Origin: an uncultured delta proteobacterium
GTDB taxonomy: Bacteria; Desulfobacterota; Binatia; UBA9968
DNA: 64,000 bases
Reading direction: 5' to 3'
NCBI GenBank assembly: GCA_963804165.1
Contig: CAWDPO010000004.1
Location: 64,001-128,000, forward strand
Below, piece by piece: positions 10,594-19,572 of the stretch; the first letter of the stretch is position 1, and each line of letters begins with the position of its first letter. The notes below the pieces were generated by a model. That model saw nothing but the letters and a program-made list of their open reading frames with translations, was not told the DNA's origin and searched no databases. The translations under genes and the position numbers were made by a program.

Positions 10594-10824
10594 TTAGTTA
10601 CTTTTTTTCCCAGTCTCTTGATGGGCATCCGAAACGCGGTAAGTATCGAGGCTTTTGGCGTCGATTTTCCAGCCAGTCATAGTGACCTTAACGATCCTCG
10701 TCTGAATTATATCTCCGCGTTCCGCTTCAAGGCGTCCCTTCTTGATCGCGTCGTGCACAGCGGCTCTCGTAATGCCGAGCTTTTTGGCGGCCTCGGTGAT
10801 CGTGTAACTCTTTTTGGTAGGCAT
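10594..10824 (-). CDS. Helix-turn-helix (excisionase/HTH_17-like) protein
   Basis: YTITEAAKKLGITRAAVHDAIKKGRLEA. Confidence 0.8.
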   Translation of the reverse strand: MPTKKSYTITEAAKKLGITRAAVHDAIKKGRLEAERGDIIQTRIVKVTMTGWKIDAKSLDTYRVSDAHQETGKKSN

Positions 10825-10879
10825 ATTCGGTGCTCATCACCCTTCTCCGCTGAGTTTCAACTAATTTCCCAGCTCCGAT

Positions 10880-11360
10880 TTAAAGCCCGTTTTCGGCGTT
10901 TTGTGTGCGAGTTAATGGTAATGTGCCACTCCCCCGATTTTGACGCAGTCTAGGCTTAACAAAATCAGCAAGTTGGCCGACCCATAATTGCTCGTTCCGG
11001 ACCCTGTTGCGCGTTGCTTTTGTTCGACGGCCGGGTGAAGCCCATTTTTTGCGATCGAAAACCGACGCTCCGCAGCCGCACGCGCAGAACGGGCGCACTT
11101 GCTGAGGCTCGGCTGCCGTCGCAGCAAAGTAGAACTCAAGGAGCGATCGATATGGAATGATGCTTTCCGGCCATCTTCCGGAAAAGAACGCGGGTAAAAA
11201 ATTCGAGGGGCTTATCGATCCGGCCGCGGAAGCGACCCGCTAACGATTGCGCGGTTAGATTGCGCCGGCGCGCGAGCTCGGCAAACTGCCGAAAAGTGAC
11301 GAGCTCAATTCTCTTGGTGGTTGACTCAGGCTCGTTTTCGGGGTTAAAGTTTTCTCGCAT
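10880..11360 (-). CDS. Hypothetical protein with CxCGC motif (frameshift near 11183)
   Basis: Removing one T joins MRENFNP...FFTRVL to SGRWPESIIPYRSLLEFY...RPFCACGCGASVFDRKKW. Confidence 0.55.
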
Positions 11361-11443
11361 AGAGTTTTCCCTTTCTTTGAACGCCCGTTGCTTGGCCGCC
11401 GCGGGCGTTTTTTTGACTACAACTTTTTCATTCGCGCGTTTTC

Positions 11444-11770
11444 CTAAAACCATTCGATATTTTTCAGCCGCTCCTCGCGCTCTTGGCGGGTCTTGGCTTC
11501 TGCGAGCACTCGCTTTTCCCACCTGTCACGCTCCGGCTGGGCATTGCGCTTCGGCTGCTTTGGTCTCGGCTCGGGCTCTGATTTCATGACCGCACGAATG
11601 ACGCTGGCGCAGCGCCCCTGATCGCTTTCGTCGAATTGGCCGAAGGTATCCCTGATTTTCGCGGCAATTCGGTTTGATTCACTCGCGCGATAATTTTTAT
11701 GCCATGGCTGATCGTAGCAGCGGTTAACGACCAAGTAGCCATCGATCATCGAGATTAAGATACTTTTCAT
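11444..11770 (-). CDS. Hypothetical protein
   Basis: GGAGGA RBS, operon spacing, charged C-terminus. Confidence 0.6.
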   Translation of the reverse strand: MKSILISMIDGYLVVNRCYDQPWHKNYRASESNRIAAKIRDTFGQFDESDQGRCASVIRAVMKSEPEPRPKQPKRNAQPERDRWEKRVLAEAKTRQEREERLKNIEWF

Positions 11771-11780
11771 TTTTTCCTCC

Positions 11781-12485
11781 TTACTTCTTCCGGAGTTCTT
11801 TCACGTCGGCCAATGGCATCTCGACGGTTTCAAACCGATTGAAGTCAGGCAGACCCTTTTTGAGTTTCTCGAGCCGCGCCGTGATTTGATCGGCCGGGAT
11901 CACGTTGAATTTCATGCCCTCGGCTTCCGCAATTGCCGCTTTGATATAAGCTCGCTTCTTTTCAACCGCTTGAGAATTCGAGTCGATGATTGTGACTTTA
12001 ACCTCGCCCGTGATGCGCGCCTTAGCGCCTGGCCGATATCCCAACTTGAATTCGTTGCGCGCCTTCTCGTCGGCCGTGAGCATCTCATAGAGAAAGTCGT
12101 CTATTTCCTGGGGTGCGGTCTTTTTGATCTCCCCATCGATCTTGGAGACATTGAAGCTATAATCGAGACTCGCGCATAACCTGGAATGTTGGGCGGCCGC
12201 TCTTTCCCGAGTCGCCGCCTGAAGCGCTTCATGCGCCAGCCGCTCTTTTTCCTGCGCTTCCAAAATCGCGGCCTCTAAGGCGGGCACTGCAGCAGCCCAG
12301 TCCTGATTGATCTGGTCACGTTGCGCGAGTAGCTCGCGAAGCCTGGTCAAACGTCTATCGTCGCGTTCACGCCGTAGTAATTCCAGTTGAGGGGAGTCTT
12401 TCAGCAGCGAAACGATTTCGTCTGCCGCTTCAGCGGCTTTCTCCTCGTCCGATTTAAAAAATCGATTCAAGCGTTCCGTGAGCAT
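11781..12485 (-). CDS. Coiled-coil hypothetical protein (234 aa)
   Basis: Ala/Glu/Arg-rich heptad helices; coupled to neighbouring genes. Confidence 0.75.
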   Translation of the reverse strand: MLTERLNRFFKSDEEKAAEAADEIVSLLKDSPQLELLRRERDDRRLTRLRELLAQRDQINQDWAAAVPALEAAILEAQEKERLAHEALQAATRERAAAQHSRLCASLDYSFNVSKIDGEIKKTAPQEIDDFLYEMLTADEKARNEFKLGYRPGAKARITGEVKVTIIDSNSQAVEKKRAYIKAAIAEAEGMKFNVIPADQITARLEKLKKGLPDFNRFETVEMPLADVKELRKK

Positions 12486-12694
12486 AAGTTTTTTCTCTCT
12501 CTTTTTATTTTGATAACTGATCCCAAGCTGCTTCGTATCTCAAGGAGATCATCGCGAATGGTGCTGAGCAGATCGGAGGATCTATCGTTGCTCCGCGGCG
12601 GCATGATTTCGATCGCTGCAATGATCGAAGACAAGCGACGGCGAATCCGTTCAGGCGTCCAGGCCTCGCCCTCATGCTCCATGGTCATCGTCAT
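12467..12694 (-). CDS. Small hypothetical protein
   Basis: ATGA overlap with the upstream ORF. Confidence 0.5.
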   Translation of the reverse strand: MTMTMEHEGEAWTPERIRRRLSSIIAAIEIMPPRSNDRSSDLLSTIRDDLLEIRSSLGSVIKIKRERKNLCSRNA

Positions 12695-12873
12695 TTTTCC
12701 TGCAATCTGCCGCGGACGACTTCGAGCCGGCGGCGTGCATCCGCGATCGCGCCCCTGAGTGATGCGGGTCCGTCGCCGTAGCGGATCGCAATTATGATTT
12801 GCTGTTCGGTTGGTAGCAGTTCGATAATCTGCCCAACTTCGGTCTCGATTTCACTTTGCGTTTGCCTGTTCAC
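12691..12873 (-). CDS. Small hypothetical protein
   Basis: AAGGA RBS before the GTG; overlaps the next gene. Confidence 0.5.
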   Translation of the reverse strand: MNRQTQSEIETEVGQIIELLPTEQQIIIAIRYGDGPASLRGAIADARRRLEVVRGRLQEK

Positions 12874-13107
12874 GATGGATGGTCCTTTCTAAGCCGGCGG
12901 CGGCAGACTCGGCCTGAGAATTCTTTCCACCCGGCGCGCAAAGATCTTTGACTTCGCGAATCCCGACGCTCACCGTGCCGGGCTTGAACATCTTCTCGAC
13001 CTCGTCAAAGACGATGCCCGAGAACGACGCCTTCAAGATCGCCGTGGGGTCCGCGCGGCGATATCCGGCGGAGATGCAGCGCTCGGTCTGTTTTTAGTTA
13101 ATCTCAT
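12851..13107 (-). CDS. Small hypothetical protein (frameshifted)
   Basis: Strong GGGAGGA RBS then ATG; MRLTK-/-QTERCISAGYRRADPTAILKASFSGIVFDEVEKMF. Confidence 0.5.
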
Positions 13108-13185
13108 TTGTGTGTTGTCCTCCCTTTTTTTTAAAAAGCGGCCCGTCCTGCACCCTTTTTCCCGCGTCCAGCGCTGTTCTGTCGA

Positions 13186-13572
13186 TCATTCTTTTCTTGT
13201 TCTTTTCGCATTTACGGCACCCTCGAAGAAAAATCCGAGCTTACGAGCCAATGTCTGGCAGCGCAGCGTGTAGCGGTTGAGAGACTGCTCGATATGGGCC
13301 TCGCTTTCCCGTTTTGATCGAGGACTTTCCTTGACCCGTCGTAAAATCCGGAGTTGATCTCGGTACGAAACAAACCAGTCGAATGCGTCAGCGTATTCGA
13401 GCGCCAAGGTGTTATCGCCTGTGGCATCAATGCGTCGACGAACGCGCGAGAGAGTGACCACGCGGTAATATTCTCTCCGCGCCTTAACCGAAAGGGTGGG
13501 CCGCCCGGGAGCGAGCCAAACCGGAATATTGCGAGAAGCACACTCGAAGAATACGCCTCTCAAGGCGGTCAT
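13186..13572 (-). CDS. Hypothetical protein
   Basis: 128-aa ORF co-oriented within the element operon. Confidence 0.5.
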   Translation of the reverse strand: MTALRGVFFECASRNIPVWLAPGRPTLSVKARREYYRVVTLSRVRRRIDATGDNTLALEYADAFDWFVSYRDQLRILRRVKESPRSKRESEAHIEQSLNRYTLRCQTLARKLGFFFEGAVNAKRTRKE

Positions 13573-13939
13573 ATTTCGTCGAAAGCGGAAGGGGATGCTT
13601 GAGATTCATCCTGCCGCTTCGATCGAGGGCAAACCCAAAGTCAAGCGCCGCTTGTGAGCAGTTTCGACGCGCATCCATGAGCGCGGACTTTGCGCCGCGT
13701 ACGACATGGCCGCGCTGTGCCCAGCGAGCCATCGCTTTTCGAAGGCCTTGATATGTCGAAAATGAAGCGCAGTAAAACTGAAGCGCCATTTCAAACGCTC
13801 GCTCTAATCGCCCAAGCCGGCGAAGCGTCGGCGCAACACGTTCCCATTCCTGGCGCGCAAGGTTGTCACCGAAGTCACGGCCTGACCGACGCGGCAGAAT
13901 GCTCGCATTGGGAAGTTTGAAAATTTTCGCCTTGGTCAT
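13484..13939 (-). CDS. Divergent P27-family phage terminase small subunit-like protein
   Basis: ARQEWERVAPTLRRLGRL...ALQFYCASFSTY...ALDFGF resembles the P27 TerS core. Confidence 0.55.
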   Translation of the reverse strand: MTKAKIFKLPNASILPRRSGRDFGDNLARQEWERVAPTLRRLGRLERAFEMALQFYCASFSTYQGLRKAMARWAQRGHVVRGAKSALMDARRNCSQAALDFGFALDRSGRMNLKHPLPLSTKYDRLERRILRVCFSQYSGLARSRAAHPFG

Positions 13940-13941
13940 AC

Positions 13942-14461
13942 TCAGGCCAGAAACCGTCGAGCGCCGAAAAACCGTCGGCTCTTATATTTGTTCACCGGAT
14001 CGTCATCCTCATCGGGAGGAAGAGCTCGCAGTTTGGAACGATCACCGGGATTAAGTCCGAATGCGGCCATCACGGCCCAACATTGGGCAAAGGCTGCGCG
14101 GGCGATACCGACGTGCGGTCTTGCAGTTTCGCCGTTTGCCACCGTCGTATGCGTCAAATTGTCGTTCAAACTCTCCATGGCGCGTTGATAGACACTCCAC
14201 CATTGCGCCGCGGCGGCGAGCGCATGAAGGTCCGCCTCTGAAAGAACTCGAACGCGCTTGAGCAAGACGGCGTAGTATCGCCAAAACTTGTGGGCATGAG
14301 GATCGAGCTTCACCGGACAATCCAGCCGTTGCGCCAGCCGTGGTTGCGGCTCGGCAGAATTTAAAGGTCTTCCTCCGGGATTCGGCGCCTTCCTGCCAAG
14401 CGACGAAGCTCATCTCGAGGATTTTCTTTCCGATCTTCACTGTCACTTTTTCGATTGCCAT
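13942..14461 (-). CDS. P27-family phage terminase small subunit (frameshift near 14400)
   Basis: NPGGRPLNSAEPQP...LDPHAHKFWRYY...LSEADLHAL...PHVGIARAA...FGLNPGDRSKL. Confidence 0.8.
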
Positions 14462-14464
14462 GGG

Positions 14465-14694
14465 TTCAACCTTGAGTTGATACTGAAGCTAAACTCGAAA
14501 CCGATCTTCGTTGCCCTTCTCGCTCCCGGACTTTTATCCAGCGCTCGAGTGTTTCTCGGTCGACTCTCAAAATTTTCTTCCGCTTGCCGCTGCGTATCGT
14601 TACCGTCGGGATTGCGCCCTCGATCATTAGGGCGCGCGCTCGATCGGCTCACGCCCAAGACGTCGGCGACTTCTTCAGGACGCAGCAGCTTCAT
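14465..14694 (-). CDS. HTH_17/AlpA-like DNA-binding protein (frameshifted)
   Basis: MKLLRPEEVADVLGVSRSSA continues in the shifted frame as GAIPTVTIRSGKRKKILRVDRETLERWI. Confidence 0.7.
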
Positions 14695-16283
14695 TGGTCG
14701 GACGCTCGTTTAACAACTCGCCCGCCGAAAATTGATAGCGCCGCGGATTCTAGTCCCGACCCCATCGAAATTCGTTTCTCGTCCCAGCTAGTCCCATGCT
14801 CGTCCCGACCGTTGGGACTAGAATCTTCCGCATTCTTTTCAATGCGTTGTGCGTTTTTTTCGGATGCTAGTCCCGAAGTGCCGTTTCCTAGAGAATGAAG
14901 ATAAGGACTAGAATCTTTTTTCCCCCTTAAGAATCCCCCTTCTCGGAGACCATCGGAATGGTCCATCGGCCTTTCACCACTGGCCATCAGGCTACCGGCG
15001 AGTGAGTACAAAAACGGCTGGCCTCTCTTGCCGGTGCCAGTACGCTCGACGTCGCCGTTTTTGAAAAGTGAGCGCAGTGCCTTGCCGACAATCCAGCCGC
15101 GCATTGGAACGGCCTTCCGGATCTCGCCCTCGCGCTGCTCTCCGTCGTCTTCAAGCACTTTGAGTATCAGCGGCGCCGCTTCTTCAATCTCGACGTCGTC
15201 GACGGTACCTTGAACGTAAAGGCGCCCGGTTATTTTCTCGAATCCGATGCCCACTTCGCCGAAGTTTTTTCCGCCGCGTTGGTCGCTGCTCAGAATGCGG
15301 CGCTCACTATTCGCCAGCCGTTTTGCAAACAGGTAGGTGTAGCAAAGGCCACGAATTGCCGTTGAACCGATTGAAGCGTCCAAATCGTCACGCGAGTCCT
15401 TCTTGGCATGGTGCAGCGTCATCACATGGCAGTTTCCGGCCCTCGCCGCTTCGAGTAGCGGTTCCATCTTCAAAGTGACTTCGGAATAATCGTTGATGTT
15501 CTCGAAGCGGCAAAGCATCTGCAAAACGTCGATGATCACCAGGCGCGCGCCCTTGTCTTTCACCGCTGCCAGTATCCAGGCGATGGCATCGACCGGCGCG
15601 CTGCCGGCGTGAATGAAAACGGGGTCAGTCTCTCGAAGCCCGAGAGAAATAAAAGTATCGGCGATGTCAGGTAGGGGCCCGTCAAGAAAAACGTACGCCA
15701 CAGGGGATTGCTGCGTTACACGTCCAAGCCACGGCTCGCCGCGGGCAATGGATATCGAGAGATCGGCGGCTATCGTGCTCTTGCCTACTTTCGGCTTTGA
15801 GACTAAGACAGATGCACCACCGGCCGGCAAACAATCGGCGACAATCCAGCGGTTAGGATCTTTCGGCGCTTGTAGAATTTCCTTCGCTGTCAAAAACTCT
15901 GGCCATATCTCGGATTGTTTAGTCTGTGCGGACTTCGTCGGCTTGTACCGCTGATAAACCCGTGCAACTTTCTCGAGAGCGATGCGTTCAGAAAATGGCG
16001 GATCGCAATTCTTGGCGGCCTCGAGAATCAACGTCTCGGCCATCTCGCGCGGGACGTCGGCGTTTCTTAGTTTGCAGGCGAGCTTGAAAAGAGTTTGATC
16101 GCGCTGGCCCTCTGGTACGCCATGCAGAGCTCCGGCCGTGTTGAAGCGATCGCGGGCGCTCTCATTGCTCGACGGTTCAGAAATCAGGTTAAACAGCTCG
16201 GGTGGCAGCTTGGGAAGCTCGCCGCTTATAGATACTTCCCAAGCGTAGGGCTTTCCGTTCTCGTGAATAGAAGGGACGGACAT
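14691..16283 (-). CDS. Replication protein: PriCT-1 plus AAA_25 (RepA-like) helicase; N-terminal prim-pol domain missing
   Basis: PSIHENGKPYAW (end of a prim-pol domain), PEGQRDQTLFKLACKL (PriCT-1), SKPKVGKST Walker A, LVIID Walker B, LHHAKK. Confidence 0.8.
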   Translation of the reverse strand: MSVPSIHENGKPYAWEVSISGELPKLPPELFNLISEPSSNESARDRFNTAGALHGVPEGQRDQTLFKLACKLRNADVPREMAETLILEAAKNCDPPFSERIALEKVARVYQRYKPTKSAQTKQSEIWPEFLTAKEILQAPKDPNRWIVADCLPAGGASVLVSKPKVGKSTIAADLSISIARGEPWLGRVTQQSPVAYVFLDGPLPDIADTFISLGLRETDPVFIHAGSAPVDAIAWILAAVKDKGARLVIIDVLQMLCRFENINDYSEVTLKMEPLLEAARAGNCHVMTLHHAKKDSRDDLDASIGSTAIRGLCYTYLFAKRLANSERRILSSDQRGGKNFGEVGIGFEKITGRLYVQGTVDDVEIEEAAPLILKVLEDDGEQREGEIRKAVPMRGWIVGKALRSLFKNGDVERTGTGKRGQPFLYSLAGSLMASGERPMDHSDGLREGGFLRGKKDSSPYLHSLGNGTSGLASEKNAQRIEKNAEDSSPNGRDEHGTSWDEKRISMGSGLESAALSIFGGRVVKRASDQ

Positions 16284-16918
16284 CTACGTCACGCAAGTTT
16301 CAGCGGACTCCGAACGGACAAGCGCGCTGAGGAAGTGATCAGGGAATCACATTAGAAGACGTGCTGGTGTTTGCTGCGGGTTCTGCTAACTGGCTTCAAG
16401 GCGAAATTCCTCTGGCGTCCATCTTTGTTATCGTGTCTCAAGTTCTATGGCAGCAGGTTTACCCAAATGGCAGCGTTTGGTCGTCCTACTACGCTTGAAA
16501 GTTTATGGCATCGCCTTTGCGCTTTGTCCCAGCGGGAAAATTCCGAAAGCGAGGAGAAAAAGGGCATGCGATTGGAAAAAGCCATAAAAGTGTTAAAGCG
16601 CGTCTGGAAGGGTGTTGTTTGGGCTGAATTGGTGCTTGCGACTGTGTTACTTCTCTTCTTCTCGCAATTTTTTTCTTACGACGTTTTCGTATCAATTCTC
16701 CATCGACGGGCTGCGGCTGCAGCTTTCACCCAGCCGCGATAGCTTGCCGCGGGCGCGGTTCGACGAGGTCTGCGGGAAGGCCGGGAGGGCGAGCTGAACC
16801 GCACACACCGCTGGCTGGAACCGGTTCCGCTCTCTCCCAACCCGACCAGCCGCCGCGGGTTACTCTCCGCGATCCTAACCAGCCGTCGCCTGAAGTAACA
16901 CAGCATCCAACCCGAGAG

Positions 16919-17290
16919 TTATCTCTCACTTTGAGTAAATCGCTCGATCCTTGCTTTGATAACGTCTAGCGAGATCGGCTTTTCCAAATAATCGACCATG
17001 CCCGCCTCTAAAGCTTCTCCCCGAGTGTGGGGTCCAAGAAAAGCACTGCAACCGATGATGGGTATTTGAGCACTCGCTGAATTCTTTCGTATCGCGCGGG
17101 CGACCTCTGCGCCTTTCATATCTGGGAGATCGATGTCCAACAAGATAAGCGTGGGTCTATCGGAGATAGCTACTTTCACTGCATCTGCGCCGCTTGCGGC
17201 TTCTGAAACCTCATAGCCACAACGATGGAGCATCAGCGCCAAAATTTCTCTCAGGTGCAGATTGTCCTCAACGATGAGAATCTTCGGCAT
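16919..17290 (-). CDS. Single-domain response regulator (DivK-like)
   Basis: KILIVEDN...LILLDIDLPDMKG...CSA...YLEKP. Confidence 0.9.
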   Translation of the reverse strand: MPKILIVEDNLHLREILALMLHRCGYEVSEAASGADAVKVAISDRPTLILLDIDLPDMKGAEVARAIRKNSASAQIPIIGCSAFLGPHTRGEALEAGMVDYLEKPISLDVIKARIERFTQSER

Positions 17291-17312
17291 ATTGGGGCGG
17301 AGTGAAGCTTAG

Positions 17313-17711
17313 CTAAGGGGTGGTTTCAAAGCACGGAGATTGTATTGGCCGAGGTCTACTTCCGGAAGTCCCCAGGTACTTGTTCAATACTTCTCTCACG
17401 TCGGCGGAGGAAATGGGCTTGATTAAAACGGTGGCGGCGTTCGACAACGCTTCCTCTATCCGAGTTGCGGTTCGCTCCGCGGTGTAAATTACAATGGGGA
17501 AGCTAAAGGGAAATTGATTGCTCTTTAGCCAGGCGGCGATTTCAACACCGTCTGCAATCATGACCAAATCGGGTCGGTCACTCACCGATTTTTCTATGCC
17601 TTGGGCGATTTCTTCGGCTTGTATCACCTCATAGCCGACGCGGCGCACAATCGTTGCCATCGCGTGTCGGTACTCGAGATTGTTATCGACCAAGAGAATC
17701 TTTTTTGCCAT
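17313..17711 (-). CDS. Degenerate single-domain receiver protein
   Basis: KILLVDNN...PDLVMIA-DGVEIA (acceptor Asp and following loop missing)...YTA...LIKP. Confidence 0.75.
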   Translation of the reverse strand: MAKKILLVDNNLEYRHAMATIVRRVGYEVIQAEEIAQGIEKSVSDRPDLVMIADGVEIAAWLKSNQFPFSFPIVIYTAERTATRIEEALSNAATVLIKPISSADVREVLNKYLGTSGSRPRPIQSPCFETTP

Positions 17712-18240
17712 CGATTTTCCGCAGCGTTATTTTTCGGTGCCCTTGCACTACGACGTGTATCTCAACCGAGTTGTGGAATTCTTTCGGCTGAATCCGTGCT
17801 GATTCTGCAATTACGTCTTTCAATAGTTCCACGCCCGAATTGATTCCGGCATTTGCCACGTACCGTTGTAGCCATGAAAGAGTTTATCAGTTGTATGCAT
17901 TTCGCGTTTCATTTTATGGTGCCTTTTTAGGACTCCACACAAAGCAATCGCAGGGCCGTCAGCTAACCGTGGCAATCGAGGGCGCAATGCTTCCTTCTGT
18001 ACCCATACTGACCCGTGTTCACAACTTTTTCATGCGCCATTTTTGCTTTACCGGGAATATTTACGCGCGAAACCGTTCCCCCGTCGACGGTGATTGCATA
18101 GGCTTTCTTTGACAAAAGAGCCGGGTGAAAGGATAAGCCGCGCCCTCTCTCACTGACCAACCACCGCCGCGCGCCACACCCGCATTACTCAGCTCTATAT
18201 CGCCTCGACATATCGGAATCTTTTTTCAAGCCTGGAAACG

Positions 18241-18585
18241 TTGTACGAAGAAATAATGAATGCGATTCCGCCTTTCCTGCCGTGGGTCGTTGTTATCCTC
18301 GGCATCTCGATAATTTTCGCTGCCGCGGCGACCGACCACCACGAAGGAAGTCCGGTTCTGTTTACTGCAGGTGGAGTCTTTAGTGTCGCCGGATTAGTGA
18401 TGAGGTGCGTGCCAAAAGCAATGCCCGCACTGCGGCACTTCTATTGCGCTCCGACCAAAGATAACGTTTCGATGATTAGTTCCTCGGGCGGTAGGTTTTT
18501 GGCCATAGACAATTCTTCCTTTCTCAAGACAAACCGCGCCAACAGCGTATTATTCCTGTTTTCTTTCCCGTTTCGCTGGGGTTGA
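18241..18585 (+). CDS. Small membrane hypothetical protein
   Basis: Two hydrophobic segments in the N-terminal half. Confidence 0.35.
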   Translation: MYEEIMNAIPPFLPWVVVILGISIIFAAAATDHHEGSPVLFTAGGVFSVAGLVMRCVPKAMPALRHFYCAPTKDNVSMISSSGGRFLAIDNSSFLKTNRANSVLFLFSFPFRWG

Positions 18586-18780
18586 CTTGCACCGCTGAGC
18601 AAACGCTGGATGTGACGGTCAAAACGTGACAGATGAGGTCATCAGTTTGGTGAAAAACTGGAAATTATTTGCACTAAACTAAGAAACTTATAGACAAAAT
18701 TTCTTAGTGTGCTATCGACAAGACCTTCACCGCTCCGACAGCGCCAAGCGCGCGATTTGGACGGTCAAGCAGGATCCGAA

Positions 18781-19170
18781 ATGAGTCACGCCACGTCACT
18801 GAGAACAATCGGACAGTCGCTTGAGAAAGCTCGAGTGACGGTCTTTGAAATCGAGAATAATCGCGGCAATTATCTCGTCCTCAGCAATTCGTTGACCCAT
18901 CGGTTGATGCGTTTCAGTTCTGCCGACATTTTGCGGCATGAAGGGCAGGCAAAAAAGCAGAGACATCGTCATTATTTTTTTCGCGGATTAGCCAAGAATA
19001 AACTTTCCCATGCGCTACGTAGTTTAGGCGATCACCTTGATAGAGCCGAAGCACGTGCATTTCACATTTCCTGGACGCCTCATTTGGTTCTTGTAAATTC
19101 CGAGAGACCTGGTGGACCGAGCGATAGTCGAAGCTTTACGGTTAAAGAGCTGCACCATGGTCAAAGATAA
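18781..19170 (+). CDS. Hypothetical protein with internal duplication
   Basis: AGGA RBS before the ATG at 18781; SLRTIGQSLE and ALRSLGDHLD repeats. Confidence 0.6.
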   Translation: MSHATSLRTIGQSLEKARVTVFEIENNRGNYLVLSNSLTHRLMRFSSADILRHEGQAKKQRHRHYFFRGLAKNKLSHALRSLGDHLDRAEARAFHISWTPHLVLVNSERPGGPSDSRSFTVKELHHGQR

Positions 19171-19327
19171 GCAACTGACCGATCTCCAATCCGTCAACGC
19201 GCAGATGGCCCAGCTCTCACGCCAGATTCTAACCGAGCCGTACAATCCAAAGCGTGAGGAGCAGGTCAAAGAACTCGACCGACTTAAAGAGCAGGCCAGG
19301 CTACTACGAAACCAACAGCTGATCTGA
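19157..19327 (+). CDS. Small helical hypothetical protein
   Basis: MVKDKQLTDLQ...KELDRLKEQARLL; overlaps the previous stop. Confidence 0.45.
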   Translation: MVKDKQLTDLQSVNAQMAQLSRQILTEPYNPKREEQVKELDRLKEQARLLRNQQLI

Positions 19328-19374
19328 ACGCGTGACTTGAACAGCGCTGATGTTGGTGATAACTGCACGGCGCC

Positions 19375-19572
19375 ATGCTTTATGACATCCTCCTTGCCGT
19401 CGTGATTCTCGTACCAACAGTGTTCGTGTATCGATGGACATGTCGCCCTGACATGCCAAAGAAAATCGAGAGAGCCGGAAGCCGAAAAGAAGAACGCTCT
19501 TTCGCAGCTGTCTCAGTGACCAATCAGGTAAAGACCACGCCTGCCAAGTTGGAGCAAGAGCACGCGTTCTAA
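19375..19572 (+). CDS. Small single-TM protein
   Basis: N-terminal hydrophobic helix with a charged tail. Confidence 0.45.
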   Translation: MLYDILLAVVILVPTVFVYRWTCRPDMPKKIERAGSRKEERSFAAVSVTNQVKTTPAKLEQEHAF

